Source: Antedon mediterranea (Eukaryota; Animalia; Echinodermata). Taken from it: a stretch of 64,000 nt of DNA. Position numbers and translations under genes: made by a program. Location of the stretch: contig NC_092673.1 in the NCBI RefSeq assembly GCF_964355755.1, forward strand, positions 12,372,948-12,436,947, read 5' to 3'. Below the pieces are notes generated by a model. It saw nothing but the letters and a program-made list of their open reading frames with translations. It made no database searches and had not been told where the DNA came from. Below are positions 39,000 to 51,645 of this stretch, piece by piece. Position 1 is the first letter of the stretch. Every line of letters begins with the position of its first letter.

Positions 39000-41256
39000 A
39001 TGATTTTAGATTTTATTTGTAACGCATGTAATAAACCATTTAAACCAATTCAATTGTTAAACAAACATCGTACGGGAAGCCTTTTAGACAACGACGTAGA
39101 CGACGCTGAATTACGTAACGACTCTATTGTTTATCCTGCTTTTGGCATACTATGCAAATTATGCGAGATTGATTGTACAAAGGGTTTTAAAATTGGTCAT
39201 TTAAATGTCAGAAGTCTCTATAATAAGGTGGACCATGTTCGGAGTTTACTTTCGGAATGCCGTTTCCATGTTTTAGGAATTAGTGAAACCTGGCTAGATC
39301 AAAATATACATAATAGTGAACTTGCAATCCCAGGATACCTATTAGTTAGAACAGACAGAAATAGACACGGAGGTGGGGTGGCTATCTATGTAAACGAAAA
39401 TGTTGATGATTGGAATTCTTACAAAAAGGCAAGAAATAAATTAAATAATTTGTCTAAATCACACGCGACTATATAAATAATAAATTAAAAGATAATGTTA
39501 ATGACACTAAAACATTATGGAAAACCATGAAAGACTTTTTACCCAATAAAAAGAAACAAACTAAAACAACTCTCAATGTAAACGGTAATGAAATAAACAA
39601 TCCAACTGATATTGCTAATCATTTTAATAAATATTTTTGTTCAATTTCTAATGAACTTGCATCCCATTTTAATGACAACCAAAACGATATTACCGTTGAA
39701 TCGTTATCACAATTTCAACAACGTTTCAACTTTAAAGATATTAATGGAAATGAAATTGAAGCTTTGTTGGAAAAGTTAGAAATTGGAAAAGCTACTGGAA
39801 TTGATGGGATTTCCGCTAGGTTACTTAAAATTGCATCTTCACAAATTTCTCAAAGTCTTGCCTTTTTGTTTAACTGGTCATTAAGATCTGGTGTTATTCC
39901 AAGTGAATGGAAATGTGCTAAGGTTACTCCGCTTTATAAAGGAGGATGTAAACATGAACTTAACAACTACCGTCCAATATCTGTTATACCTATTGTTATG
40001 AAAGTTTTTGAAAGATGCATCCATAATCAAGTTATGAATCATATAAATGAGTTTAATTTATTATGTAAAAATCAATCTGGTTTTAGGTCGTTACATTCAA
40101 CTTCTACTACACTGATAGATGTATGCAATTATATATATAAAAATATTGATAATGGCTTGGTAACTGGAGCAATTTTTCTTGACCTAAAAAAGGCGTTTGA
40201 TACAGTAGACCACGATATTTTATTACGTAAATTATGCACCTTTGGAATGATAAACACTGAGCTTGCATGGTTCAGTAATTATTTAAAAAATCGCAAACAA
40301 TTTGTTAATTTTAATGGAAAAAAATCTGAAATTTTAAATGTCAACTATGGGGTACCACAAGGCTCAATTCTTGGCCCTTTGTTGTTTATTTTATACATAA
40401 ATGACTTACATGATAGTGTTGATGGGATTTGTAAAACAGTCCTCTATGCAGACGACACTGCGCTTTTTTATGCATGTAAATCAAATGAAGAGCTTACAAC
40501 AGTTTTAACTGAACAGTTGGAAAATGTAAAACAATGGTTAGATAAACATAAATTAACTCTAAACATTGATAAAACCAAATACATGCTTTTTGGTACTCAT
40601 GCACGTGTTAATAAAACAACAGATGAAACAGTAATTTTTGATAATATTCCGATTGAGAAAGTTGAAACGTTTAAATATTTGGGACTTACATTTGATGAAC
40701 AACTCTCATGGAAAGTACATATTGATTCTATATGTGCAAAACTATCAAAAATTCTACATCTATTTTATAGATTGAAAAGTTTTACATCTCCTAAAATTAT
40801 TAAAAAATTATACAATGCTCTACAGTCTGGGGTACTGGTTCAAACGCCCATATTTTAAAATTGCAAAGGGTACAAAATAGAGCTGCACGATTAATACTAG
40901 GTGCTGATATTCGAACTCCTGTTAGACAAATGCATTATGATTTAGGTTGGCTAACAATTAAGACAAGAAATGAATATCATACAATTTGTACAATATTTAG
41001 ATGTTTACAAGAATCTGTACCTTCATACTTATGTGATGTTTTGCAATATATTAGTAGTGTACACAATATTCAAACCAGAAACTATGAAAATAATCTGTTG
41101 TATTTGCCCAGATGTAACCTCGAAATATACAAACGTAGTTTTGTTTATTATGGAAGTTCACTCTGGAATGGCCTACCTTATGAATTAAGAAAACAAAACA
41201 ATTATAACCGTTTTAAATCACTTGTTAAGATTCATTTATTGTTGCCGGTGGTCTAG
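39000..41256 (+). pseudogene. LINE ORF2 (endonuclease-RT), disrupted
   Basis: HLNVRSL, ISETWL and GGGVAIYV then jump directly to the linker (GDFN and SDH missing); NYRPIS, DLKKAFDTVDH, GVPQGSILGP, YADDT; frameshifts at about 39470 and 40820. Confidence 0.9.
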
Positions 41257-41695
41257 GATGGTTCCAGTGAAATATATTTAAATATGGTATAAAAGTATAA
41301 TAATAATGAGAACATGCATTGAAGTTTAGTTTTAGTTTAAGTTTTAGTTTAAGTTTAGTTTAAGTTGTTTTCAAATTTTGTTTAAATGTGCCGTAGGGCC
41401 CCTCGGAAGAGCAGTTATTTTATTACTGAGAGGGCTACCCTACTAAAAGAAAACGAAATAAATAAATAAATAGATGAAAACACAAACAATGCCGTTCAAC
41501 GAAGCGTAACTAACAGAAATAACATAGCGTTTTCAGCCTATTTTCGGAGGACAAGTTACTTAAAAATTCGTAACTCCTCAACGGACAGTCGTATGGACAA
41601 AATTTGTACTGTAAAATGTTCTTTAAAGATTAGCCTATATAACTGTGTGATTAAAAAAAATTAAAATTTTTTAATTTTTTTTTTTCACTTCTTAA

Positions 41696-42321
41696 AGCCC
41701 CATTCCCTACGTTTTTTAGATCTAATTTAAGATCACAAACTATATTTAATGTAAAAATAATACTATATGGTCCTATTGCGATAACTTTTTTCGTCTTTAA
41801 ACGGTTAAAAATGTTAAAAATAAATCGATTTTAATAATTATAGCGGCCCGCTATAAATCCCAAAATGCATTGCACGCGGATTGATATTGTTGTTTTTCAC
41901 CTGTAATTCGCCCACTTTTCGATCGATCGTGAAGCCAAAACAAATGGAAGACTCCTAACTTTTCAGCGAAAATACCGGGTTTTCCCCAATTTGTATCAAC
42001 GGAGTCTGGCAAAAATAGAAAGACAATTAATGCAGCAACTATACAACGTCAGGCTAGGTATATAGCTAGCGTACGATGTTCGTACGTTACCGATGTTTAC
42101 CAGCTAGGCCTACAAAACTAAGCCTAGCTAGGCTAGGCCTGAGACCGTCCACGAGAGGTCGATCGCCGCGAGCTACTTAGGTAGTGCATTGTTTCTCACT
42201 TTTTATCATAATTTACCATAAAACGTACATTTAAGACAAGGAATGACATGGTTTAATGTTTTTAAAGTGATATATATGTATTATTTTCCAAAAAACGTCC
42301 AAAATTGCAGGGAAGGGGTCT
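41696..42321. mobile_element. Kolobok MITE, inverted copy of 30579-31204
   Basis: TTAA at 41692-41695 and 42322-42325; same 626-bp length. Confidence 0.9.
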
Positions 42322-43375
42322 TTAAAGATCATGGAACATGGTATTTGATGTATAACGTTTTTTAGCTGATTTGGGTCTGAATATGTTGATTTTATTAGTA
42401 CGTTTTGATAAAATAAATTCTATAAGCGTAAATTATGAATTTTTTATGATTTACATACATCGGAGTAAATATCTCCGAAGTCGAATTTGGAAGCAGGAAA
42501 TCCAAGGCGATAAATCGTGACGTCATAAGATGAACACACTGCACTGCCCTGGTCGCGACGCATCTCTCTTATTGTATACAAACTGTACTGTATCGGCAAG
42601 ATGTCAACACGTATTGTGTACGATCTCGACAGTTCGGAGTCTGATTTTGAAGAGGAAACTATCCATTATGAATTCGAAATTGATGAAGATGAAGGAGACG
42701 TCGTTATGGATACGCAAGAAAGTGTTATTGAATGCAATTAATTCAACCGTAGGCCTATATGAGAGCCCGATCTCACCGATTCTGAAGGCGAGGCGGACCA
42801 ACGCGAAGGCGGCGAAGAACGTCGTGGGGAAATTGACCAGACCAACAATACATGGTCCTAGGCCTAGGTTTACATTTTCAATTACGGACCCAAACTTTGG
42901 AATGGTTTAGTTACAGTCAGTTATACGAATGCATTATTATCGTGTTTTTAAACGCAATAAAAAAATTAGTAAAACTGAAGTTGTTGTGTCGATTAACTAA
43001 ATAAACGGTAGGTAGTACTAGTACTTCTTTCTAGTATAGTAGAGTAGTAGGCCTAGGTGATTAATTCGGTTTTAAAATCAGCAACACAAAGGGCCTAGGC
43101 TAGTAGTACTGTGTTGAAAGCCCCAGCATAATAGTTCAGGTGGGGAGTTGTTCTGCCCTCATAAAAATAAAGCTTGTGCACAAGCTGACTGCAATAATTT
43201 GTAAGTTGCTTTGTAAGTTGCATTGACAGATTGCACTATATATATTCTCTATTGATTTGAACAAAAATTGAACCATTTGAAATTTGCTTTAGAAAAGTCA
43301 AATTATAAATTATATAATCTTATTGCACTTTTACAAATGATTTTGTTCTTACAGTACCGTATTATTATTTCGCAG

Positions 43376-43542
43376 GGTATGTGGATGACCTCATCTTGGA
43401 GGTAATGAGCATTGTTGAAGGGACAGCAGAAGATGTTGATGTTGTTGATGCGCCACCCCAACTCTGTTCAGGATTTGAACGCCCCGACAAAGAGGCCGCT
43501 ATTGCCAACCACTTCACAAGATTTCCAAATGTGAACAACTAA
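43376..43542 (+). pseudogene. Last exon of a Kolobok transposase
   Basis: YVDDLILEV...APPP.LCSGFERPDKEAAIANHFTRF* after an AG acceptor; matches recalled Kolobok transposase C-termini. Confidence 0.7.
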
Positions 43543-43911
43543 GGCAAAAATTATGCAGTAAATAAATCAGCAGCCAAAAGGTCCACTGATCAACTTCAAA
43601 TAAGAAGTATAATACATACTCCAAGAAATGAGATACATTCCATCATGCTTTTTATTATAAATCATTATTTCATTTTTTTAGTAAAAGATTAAAAGCCATT
43701 TGTTTATGTGGATACAGCTCCACAATCCAGAGCCAACAGTTTTATAAACAAAATAATCACTTGTGTGCATAATTTTTTAATAAATTGTGTCAGAGAAATG
43801 TATATTTTATTTCTATCAGATACAGTTTACAATACTTTCCTTTATGAAGTACAGTAAATAATTGTATGTGGTTAATTGTAATCTCAATACAAGTTGGTGC
43901 TAAATGTTTAC

Positions 43912-45194
43912 TCAATCCAAAAATCCAGCAAACTGGAGATCATCTTCCATACCTGGTGGTGGGAAGTGGGCTCTTATGCAGGAAACGGCACATGATGGTA
44001 AGAATACCCTTAGGTTTCGGCCCAAAATAACCCCCAACACCATCTGGCGAGTTGCCGGTACGCAATATGTCTCAGACGTTTATGTTTTGAGGCTTCAACA
44101 GGTGTGTCATACTGTTGGCGGTAATGCAGCCATGCAATTTCCAACACATGCAAATTCAAACAGGCAGCAGTGAATCCAGGATGTTCAGTGATGCATATGT
44201 AGGCTTCTCCGTATTGTAAATTGTCTGACCTTCCTCCAGCCTATGATTAATAAATAATAGGGCCTACTTCCTGGCAACATCGACATTCGCGATACGTGGG
44301 TAGCATCTGGCAATGGCCACAATCACACCTGTATTATAAAAACAAAAATATTTTGTAATAATAATATTGTAGCGCTACAATATTCTGAGATGTCACAATT
44401 TATAGGGCGCTATATTAAATATTTTTAAAGTTTTAGTGATTATTAATGATTAATTTAATGTATTGTGTGTGAAATAGGAAAATAAATCTGCATCTTGGCT
44501 AGCCTAGGGGTGGGCCTATCTATCTAGGCCTACCCTAGGAGGCCTATTTCAAACAACAAAGTGCAAATTTGTTAAATAAAATGGTCAGTCTAATACCGTA
44601 ATGTACATTTTTGCTTTCTACGATTCAATTTAATCTTTATTTCGTTAAAAAAATTCAATCTAGGCCCTAGGCTTATAGACGATAGCCGACCGTCGCCGGT
44701 GAGAGGGCTAGGCCTAGCCGCATGAATTGGAGTAAAGTACAGTAGGGCCTAGCTAGGCCTAGCCTCTATCTAGGCCTAACTAAGCCACAATACACACTGG
44801 CATGACGGAAGAATATCGTAGTTACCTACTAGGGAATTGTTAATTATACAATAAAGTTATACATTAATTTTTAATAAAAGAGATAGTACTACTAACCAAT
44901 TTAATAACTGGGTTTGAAGTTGAATATTCTCTGCTTGAATTGTAGGTAGGCCTAGCCTAGGCTAGGTGACGGTCACCGTCGCCATCTTCTGATGATGAAG
45001 AATCATCAGAACTACAATCGGGCTCGTACATGTACGGCCGAATTAATTTCATCGACATTCCATTCAATATTTCGATTGTTAAACAAAATAGTTTCTCCTT
45101 CATTTTCCTCAGTTTCGCATTCCACTATCAATGTTTCCTCTTCTAATTCCTCTGACGAAGAACTGTCAAAATCATACGCGATACGTGTTGACAT
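43912..45194 (-). pseudogene. KolX (P2X7 ballast-like) protein, two exons, frameshifted
   Basis: Acidic exon 1 with IRPYMYEP; exon 2 (44328-43912) reads CDCGHCQMLPTYRECRCCQE, CITEHPGF, RLRHIAYRQLARWCWG, LPSCAVSCIRAHFP. Confidence 0.85.
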
Positions 45195-46011
45195 CCTAGT
45201 TTGTACAGTACACGAAAAAGTTTCTTCATCTTATGACGTCACTATCAGAGGTTACCGGAAAATGCCGAAAAAACCCGAATAGTCGTGAACTGAGAGCAGT
45301 TGCGCGAAATAGCAGAAAACACTTTAATTATGTCCTGAAAACTTTTAATTTATTGTCTGTTTAATATCCATCAAGGAGAACAACTATAATACTACTATTT
45401 TACATAAATATCAAATACCATGTTCCATGATCTTTAAGTCCATCGAAAAAAACACCACAGTTTATAAGCATAGGCGCCGCATGGTGTCCTGAAATCCCAT
45501 GAAAACGCTATGTTATTTCTGTTGGTTACGCTTCGTTGCACGGCATTGTTTGTCATAGATCGAAGATGTCTTCGTTTCGTGAAAAAGGCGTATACTATCT
45601 TCACTAATTTAATTTCAATGAAGAATTTCCGATTCATCAGCAATAAGTTTCGTAAACTTAAAGCTATAGTTGACCCAGAACGTTCATTTTATGACCGCGA
45701 GTGTTTACACTATACGAAGTGCCGGCCCGAAGCCCGCAATTGCCGGCCCGAAGCCGGCTCGGTTGTTCCCAGAGTGTTTACACTTGTGCACTTTTGGCTC
45801 GGAGCCGGCCTCGGGCTCGCTAAAAGCTGAAGTGTAAATGGGGTCTTACTGTTATAATTTTATAGGAAAAAAGAAAGGAAATTAAATATTTTCATTTAGA
45901 ATGAGGACAAGAATTAGGAGAGAGAAATCACTCAAGCATTACTATCCTCAATTTGCTATAGAGTAAGCTGAATTCTTTGAGAATGAATCAGCTGAATGAT
46001 TGATCACTAAA

Positions 46012-49000
46012 CATTAGGCGCAGGAGCCCGGTTTGAAAACCCCAAAAAGTGAGGTTTTCAACCATTAGCGGCATGACTGATGTGAGTGATTAATGTGTTT
46101 TACGGACTGTTCCAAGGACTATCCTACCAGTGGGCTGTTCACTGGTCAAATGATTGACACTTTGTATCACCGGTTGTAACTGGAGCTGTGACGACCTTTG
46201 TAACTGGAGCTGTGACGACCTTGCAAGAATACTAGGCCAGAATTTTTAATTGAAAAGTGCCTTGGTATTAACAATAACATGGAGATGGAAACAAATTTGT
46301 CTATCTTTCTTTCTAAAATAAATGGTCACTATAGTTTCAAACTAGGCTTAGTCCACCACATTAGTAATTACGAATCGAAACCTAAATTAAAATTGTTGGT
46401 ATTCTTTGGCCGTTGTTTGATTAATTACATCTTCATGCCATGTTTTTTTTTCTCTAATGATTTGGCGATACGCTCCTATATATAATTAGCTAGCAGAGGA
46501 TTCGATGAGTTTTGAAAAGTTATGGAAATGTGGTCTAACATATAGCAATTCAGTTTTTTAAGGCCCTTCTTCCTTGTCCGAGCCTTTGGAAATATTAAAA
46601 AGTTATATTAATATAATATATTCTGTGTTTTCATGTTTTAAGAAATTGTATATCATTTCAGATGTTTCGCGCTGCGCTTTTATTTGTTTTGCGCTTCGTC
46701 TTGTTCGAGCTTCCTCCGTACATACCGATAATTAATATGATTTTTCATTTCATTTTTTGTACATTATTAACAAATAGCATACAGAACCCCATACAGAACA
46801 TACCCTTCTCTGATGGAATAGCTTTGGAGATTTTGACTTTGGAGTAGGCCTAAATCGAAACGTCAAGCAACTCAACAGTTCTTTTCAGAACTAATATAGG
46901 CCTACGTGGTGTACCACAAATTTATATCAATGTAACTTGTTTAGCACGTTTAAAATGGATAGCAAAACATATTTTTAAAAAAAACCTGAATTATTTCAAA
47001 CAGACAGCACATTAGTTCAAACGGATAGCACAATAGATAGCTCAATCAAATGAATATAACTGTGCATTCTATACGGATTATCGGGTAGCACATTCTTTCA
47101 AATGGATAGCACATTCTTTCAAATGGATAGCACATTCTTTCAAATGGATAGCACATTAGGTAGCACAATCAAATGGACATAGTATTGTACATTATTCTAT
47201 GATTATCGGGTAGCACATTCTTTCAAATGGATAGCACATTAGGCCTATTTCAAATGGTTAGCACATTCTTTCAAATGGATAGCACATTATTTCAAATGGA
47301 TAGCACATTATTTCAAATGGATAGCACATTGGGTAGCACAATCAAATAGATATAGTACTGTACATTATTCTATACGGATTATCGGGTAGCACATTCTTTC
47401 AAATGGATAGAAAATTATTTCAAATGGATAGCACGTTCTTTCAAATGGATAGCACATTATTTCAAATGGATAGCACATTAGGTAGCACAATCAAAAGGAT
47501 GTAATTGTACTGTACATTATTCTATACGGATTATCGGGTAGCACATTCTTTCAAATAGCACATTATTTCAAATGGATAGCACATTATTTCGCACAATCAA
47601 ATGGATATAGTACTGTACATTATTCTATAAGGATTATCGGGTAGCACATTATTTCAAATGGATAGCACATTAGGTAGCACAATCAAATGGATATAATTGT
47701 ACTGTACATTATTCTATAGCCTACGGATTTTCGGGTAGCACATTCTTTCAAATAGATAGCACATTAGGTAGCACAGTCAAATGGATATAGTACTGTACAT
47801 TATTCTATAAGGATTATCGGGTAGCACATTCTTTCAAATGGATAGTACATTAGGTAGCACAATCAAATGGATATAGTACTGTACATTATTCTATACGGAT
47901 TATCGGGTAGCACATTCTTTCAAATGGATAGCACATTCTTTCAAATGGATAGCACATTATTTCCAATGGATAGCACATTGGGTAGCACAATCAAATTGAT
48001 ATAGTACTGTACTGTACATTATTCTATACGGATTATCGGGTAGCACATTCTTTCAAATGGATAGCACATTCTTTCAAATGGATAGCACATTCTTTCAAAT
48101 GGATAGCACATTATTTCAAATGGATAGCACATTAGGTAGCACAATCAAATGGATATAATTGTACTGTACATTATTCTATACGGATTATCGGGTAGCACAT
48201 TCTTTCAAATGGATAGTACATTATTTCAAATGGATAGCATGGATTTGGGTAGCACAATCAAATTGAGCACATTGGGTAACACATTGCATCAAATGGGAGC
48301 CTACTGTACAGTTATTCTATTGAATTGAATTGAAATATATATTTATACTGGTTAACCTCTTCAGTCAAAGACTGGTCTCCCAGAGGGCCCAGTTGGTGAT
48401 CAGTGGCTGTGATGTACTAATACACCGGGGTAACCCCCCACTCGTCTCGAAAGATGTACTAGGTTCTTTAAAGTACACACGAGCTAGATGTGTATTCTAT
48501 TATCGGGTGTAGCACATTAAAATTGAGAGGATAAGGTGGACATCATAATTTATTATTAAGGGGAAAAACAGCAAATCCTTACTGAAGGGACACTCCTATA
48601 TTAAAGCGGACATTAAGGGGACGGGGAACATTTAACCTCAGTGCCAATGTTCACTCAATATATTTTCCATCACAAAATAACAAAAAAGACGAAATATTTA
48701 TATCCATTTATCGTTATTAAATAAAAATGGATATCATGATAATTATGATACTTTGTTTGTCTTGAAAGTTTTCATTGGTGAAACGTTGCCTGCTACATTT
48801 TGAATTTCCGAGTCCAGATCAGTATTGGTATTGGTTTTCCGTGATCTATTCTAACTAATGAAACAATTTTTAGAAAATGATATATCTGATAGATATCATC
48901 TAAGTGATGTTTTACATATAAGTTATAACGTTTAACTTTTCATTCTCCATACATTCAATTCTTTTAATATAGTTCTTGTATAACACCATATCAAGTAGTA

Positions 49001-49304
49001 GTAGAAATTATTGTAGGGTTTTCTTATTATTCAGTCAATTCAGTGTTTCTATACAGAAAAGAGTAGTCAGTGGCCTTAACATCAATTAATTGTATAATTT
49101 GCACCCAAGGTCGAATAGCAAGAAACTCAGGTCCAGTTACATTGGTGTTCATTGGTCAATAGGAAATGAACAGCATACTTATAGGTGGTGACAAAGTTTA
49201 GTTATTGATAAGTTGTCCTTGGGAAAAACACATTAGTTGGGTTGACCATGGGCTGACAGAGTTAACGACTTCGTAACGCTATCCGGGGGCTCCTGCGCCT
49301 AATG
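46012..49304. mobile_element. Unclassified TIR element carrying a satellite
   Basis: 18-bp perfect TIR CATTAGGCGCAGGAGCCC / GGGCTCCTGCGCCTAATG; only a possible 2-bp AA TSD. Confidence 0.7.
47005..48290. repeat. Higher-order TAGCACA satellite
   Basis: 21-bp unit TAGCACATT(C/A)TTTCAAATGGA repeated 1-4 times, then a 12-bp TAGCACATTAGG unit, then a ~53-bp unit; about 9-10 cycles. Confidence 0.9.
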
Positions 49305-49421
49305 AAGGTCAAGGGTTGTTGCCACAAATATCTAGTGTATAGTATTGTGTAAAAATATATTGCAAATATACTGTATTTGTGAGGTAGGCCTATATGTTTA
49401 TATTGGTTCTTTTTTTTTCAG

Positions 49422-49516
49422 CATGGATTTAATAGATGATAACAGTTCTGCTGAAGAAATCAAAACTTGTTTGATTAAGTGTGGAATCCCAGAAGATGAT
49501 GCCAAAATAATTGAAG
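49422..49516 (+). pseudogene. SAM-like first exon remnant
   Basis: AG acceptor, MDLIDDNSSAEEIKTCLIKCGIPEDDAKIIE, GTGAG donor. Confidence 0.35.
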
Positions 49517-50759
49517 GTGAGAATCTAAAATCTAGTTTTATTTTTAGATATCACTAAGCTATTATATTTTGCTCTTTTATTCTTTATTAAAAAAAAAAAA
49601 TTTGAATGTTATAATTGTTTTAACATAGTCTGGTAAATTTCTTGTATATTTTCAGAATCTGGCTGACCCAAATTCTAAGAACAAAAGAAAGACAAACTTA
49701 AAGACGTTCACACCAAGGAAAGTTACTGTTCACAAACAAAAGGGCGAGATAGCAGACCAAAAACTTCAGATAGCGTGCCTTCATCGACAGGTAGCCTACT
49801 ACCAGGTCATTACACTACCTAGAGGTCTGTGGGTTTTCCACTAAGAGCAATTAAAGTTAATTCATCTAAAGTTTTCAAACAAAAGTTTCCAAATGTGTTT
49901 GACAGAAAATTTGCTTTTCCAAAACCTGGTATTTTGGCATATATTATTGATGGCATGATCATAATCAACAGTTCACCTCTTGTGTCACATTAGGAACTTA
50001 CAGTATATTAGATTGGTATCATCAACATTTAGGTACACCAAGGCAAGTCAAGTACACATAGTTTTTGATGATCCAAAGATGCATGGTTAAGTCCCAAAAA
50101 CTGGAACGGGCTAAGCGTGATAAGAATCGTACTGATGAGATTTCATATTCAGAATTAGCCTGGCAAACAAATCATTGTCGTCCCATCGCAAAGTCGCCCC
50201 ATACATAGTCGAAATGGCACACTTATAAATAGCAATACAGTTACCGATGACTCAATAATCTCAGATATCCTATCTCGGTCATCGCAGTCCATACAATCTA
50301 AATTACCAAAAATTGCAATTGAGTGTCTCAAAGGTTGTAATACAAACAGCAGTAGAAACCTTATTGAATGCAGATTATGAGGTACAAACTATAGGAAATG
50401 TGTAGGAGTCAACAAAGGTTTACATACCTGCCATACCTTCTGTCAAATCTAGAAGTCACTATAAACTGTATATCAATAAAAATAAATCAACAAGAGAACA
50501 AAACAAACAAAATAAAATCATTTAAAGAGGAAAACCAAAACTAAATCAACAAGTAAATGCCAGGATGAATCAACAAACAGGGATGTACCAACAAAGACAA
50601 CCGAGGAAGAAATAAAAAATACCACGGACATCAATAATCTTATTATAGAAGACTCTATCTATCAGTGAAAATGGATTAAAACAAACATCAATTGAGTGTC
50701 TATGTGGCAAAAATGTTTTAGACATTCAAGTACACTTGAGAGAACTAGATGTTGATAAG

Positions 50760-50935
50760 TCAGTAAGAGACTTTATAATATTTTTCATTGTCCCATTAAA
50801 CTTCTCAACAAGACCATTTGTTTGCTGGTGAAAAGGGGTAGATGTCATCTGTTCAATTTGTAATAAGTCTGATAATTGTTTCATCAGTGGTGAAGTGAAG
50901 TTTGTGCCCTGATCGGATATGATTTGTGAGGGTGC
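50760..50935 (-). pseudogene. Gypsy integrase core fragment
   Basis: IISDQGTNFTS...TPFHQQTNGLVEKFN. Confidence 0.8.
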
Positions 50936-51299
50936 TTGTGAAAAGTCAAAGTTTTTTGCCATTAAAAATGATCACAAATGTATAAATTTTAGTGTGTAAC
51001 CTTATTTTAGGTCGATGTAAATAATTGTCACTAAAACATTGATATTTTATGCTTTATAGGCCTATATTATACAACATACAACGTAATGTATTGCCTAGGC
51101 CCAAACTACTACTTCTTTATCTAGCTCGATCGAAGGTGCTTGTTAATGTTTAGACTGATCTATAACTTATTATTAACTTAATTTATTTGAAATAAACATA
51201 TTTATATATTACTATTTAAAGGTTTAGGCTAAAATGATTTTTTCTTTATCATAAGATCCTGAAATTAAAAAAAAAATAAATAAAAAAAATTAAGGAAAC

Positions 51300-51645
51300 C
51301 AGCATGTTTGTGTCCATTCTGTAAAAAGTATTATCGGGAAAAACTAATAAGACACATTAAAACAGTACACAATGACAACCAAAGAGTAAAAGATGCTCTT
51401 AAATTACCAAAGCGAGAAATGCAAAAACAGTTCAACCTAATGAGAAAAGAGGGTATATATATTGTAAATAATGGTGAAATGAATGATTTAAAGTACGAAC
51501 AAGAAAGAAGAACCACAATAAGCCACCTGTAATGTGTGGTCTTTGTATTAAAGGGATTTTACAACCCGACATCGTTTAGCCGGCACAAGGTTAAGTGTCG
51601 GGGTAAAACTAGTACTAACTGCGACCAAATTCCGATGAGTGGTAT
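51300..51645 (+). pseudogene. Zinc-finger fragment of a transposon-associated protein
   Basis: CPFCKK...KLIRHIKTVH...VKDALKLPK...FNLMRKEG and C..C.GFY...FSRHKVKC; frameshifted. Confidence 0.5.

Larger units (their letters stand above)
37966..41472 (+). mobile_element. CR1/L2-group (Crack/Daphne-like) LINE with ORF1 and ORF2, defective
   Basis: Candidate GATGAA TSD at 37960-37965 and 41473-41478; (AAAT)n tail; 3' stem GTAGGG...CCCTAC. Confidence 0.9.
42326..45433. mobile_element. Kolobok DNA transposon, internally deleted
   Basis: 24-bp perfect TIR AGATCATGGAACATGGTATTTGAT; TTAA TSD; convergent transposase tail and KolX genes. Confidence 0.9.
34504..45846. mobile_element. Harbinger-like MITE expanded by four nested insertions
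   Basis: 19-bp TIR AGACCCCATTTACACTTCA / TGAAGTGTAAATGGGGTCT flanked by TA; subterminal inverted homology of 37915-37960 plus 41480-41535 with 45500-45600. Confidence 0.8.

Noticed and set aside
43912-44328. Host P2RX7 gene
   Set aside because: Only the ballast-like domain is present, inside Kolobok TIRs, with no channel exons.
46808-46870. Possible hammerhead (CTGATG...CGAAACGTC)
   Set aside because: I could not form convincing stems, and the core is incomplete.
47005-48290. CRISPR-like appearance of conserved repeats with intervening segments
   Set aside because: The intervening segments are themselves repeated rather than unique spacers; no cas genes; eukaryotic context.
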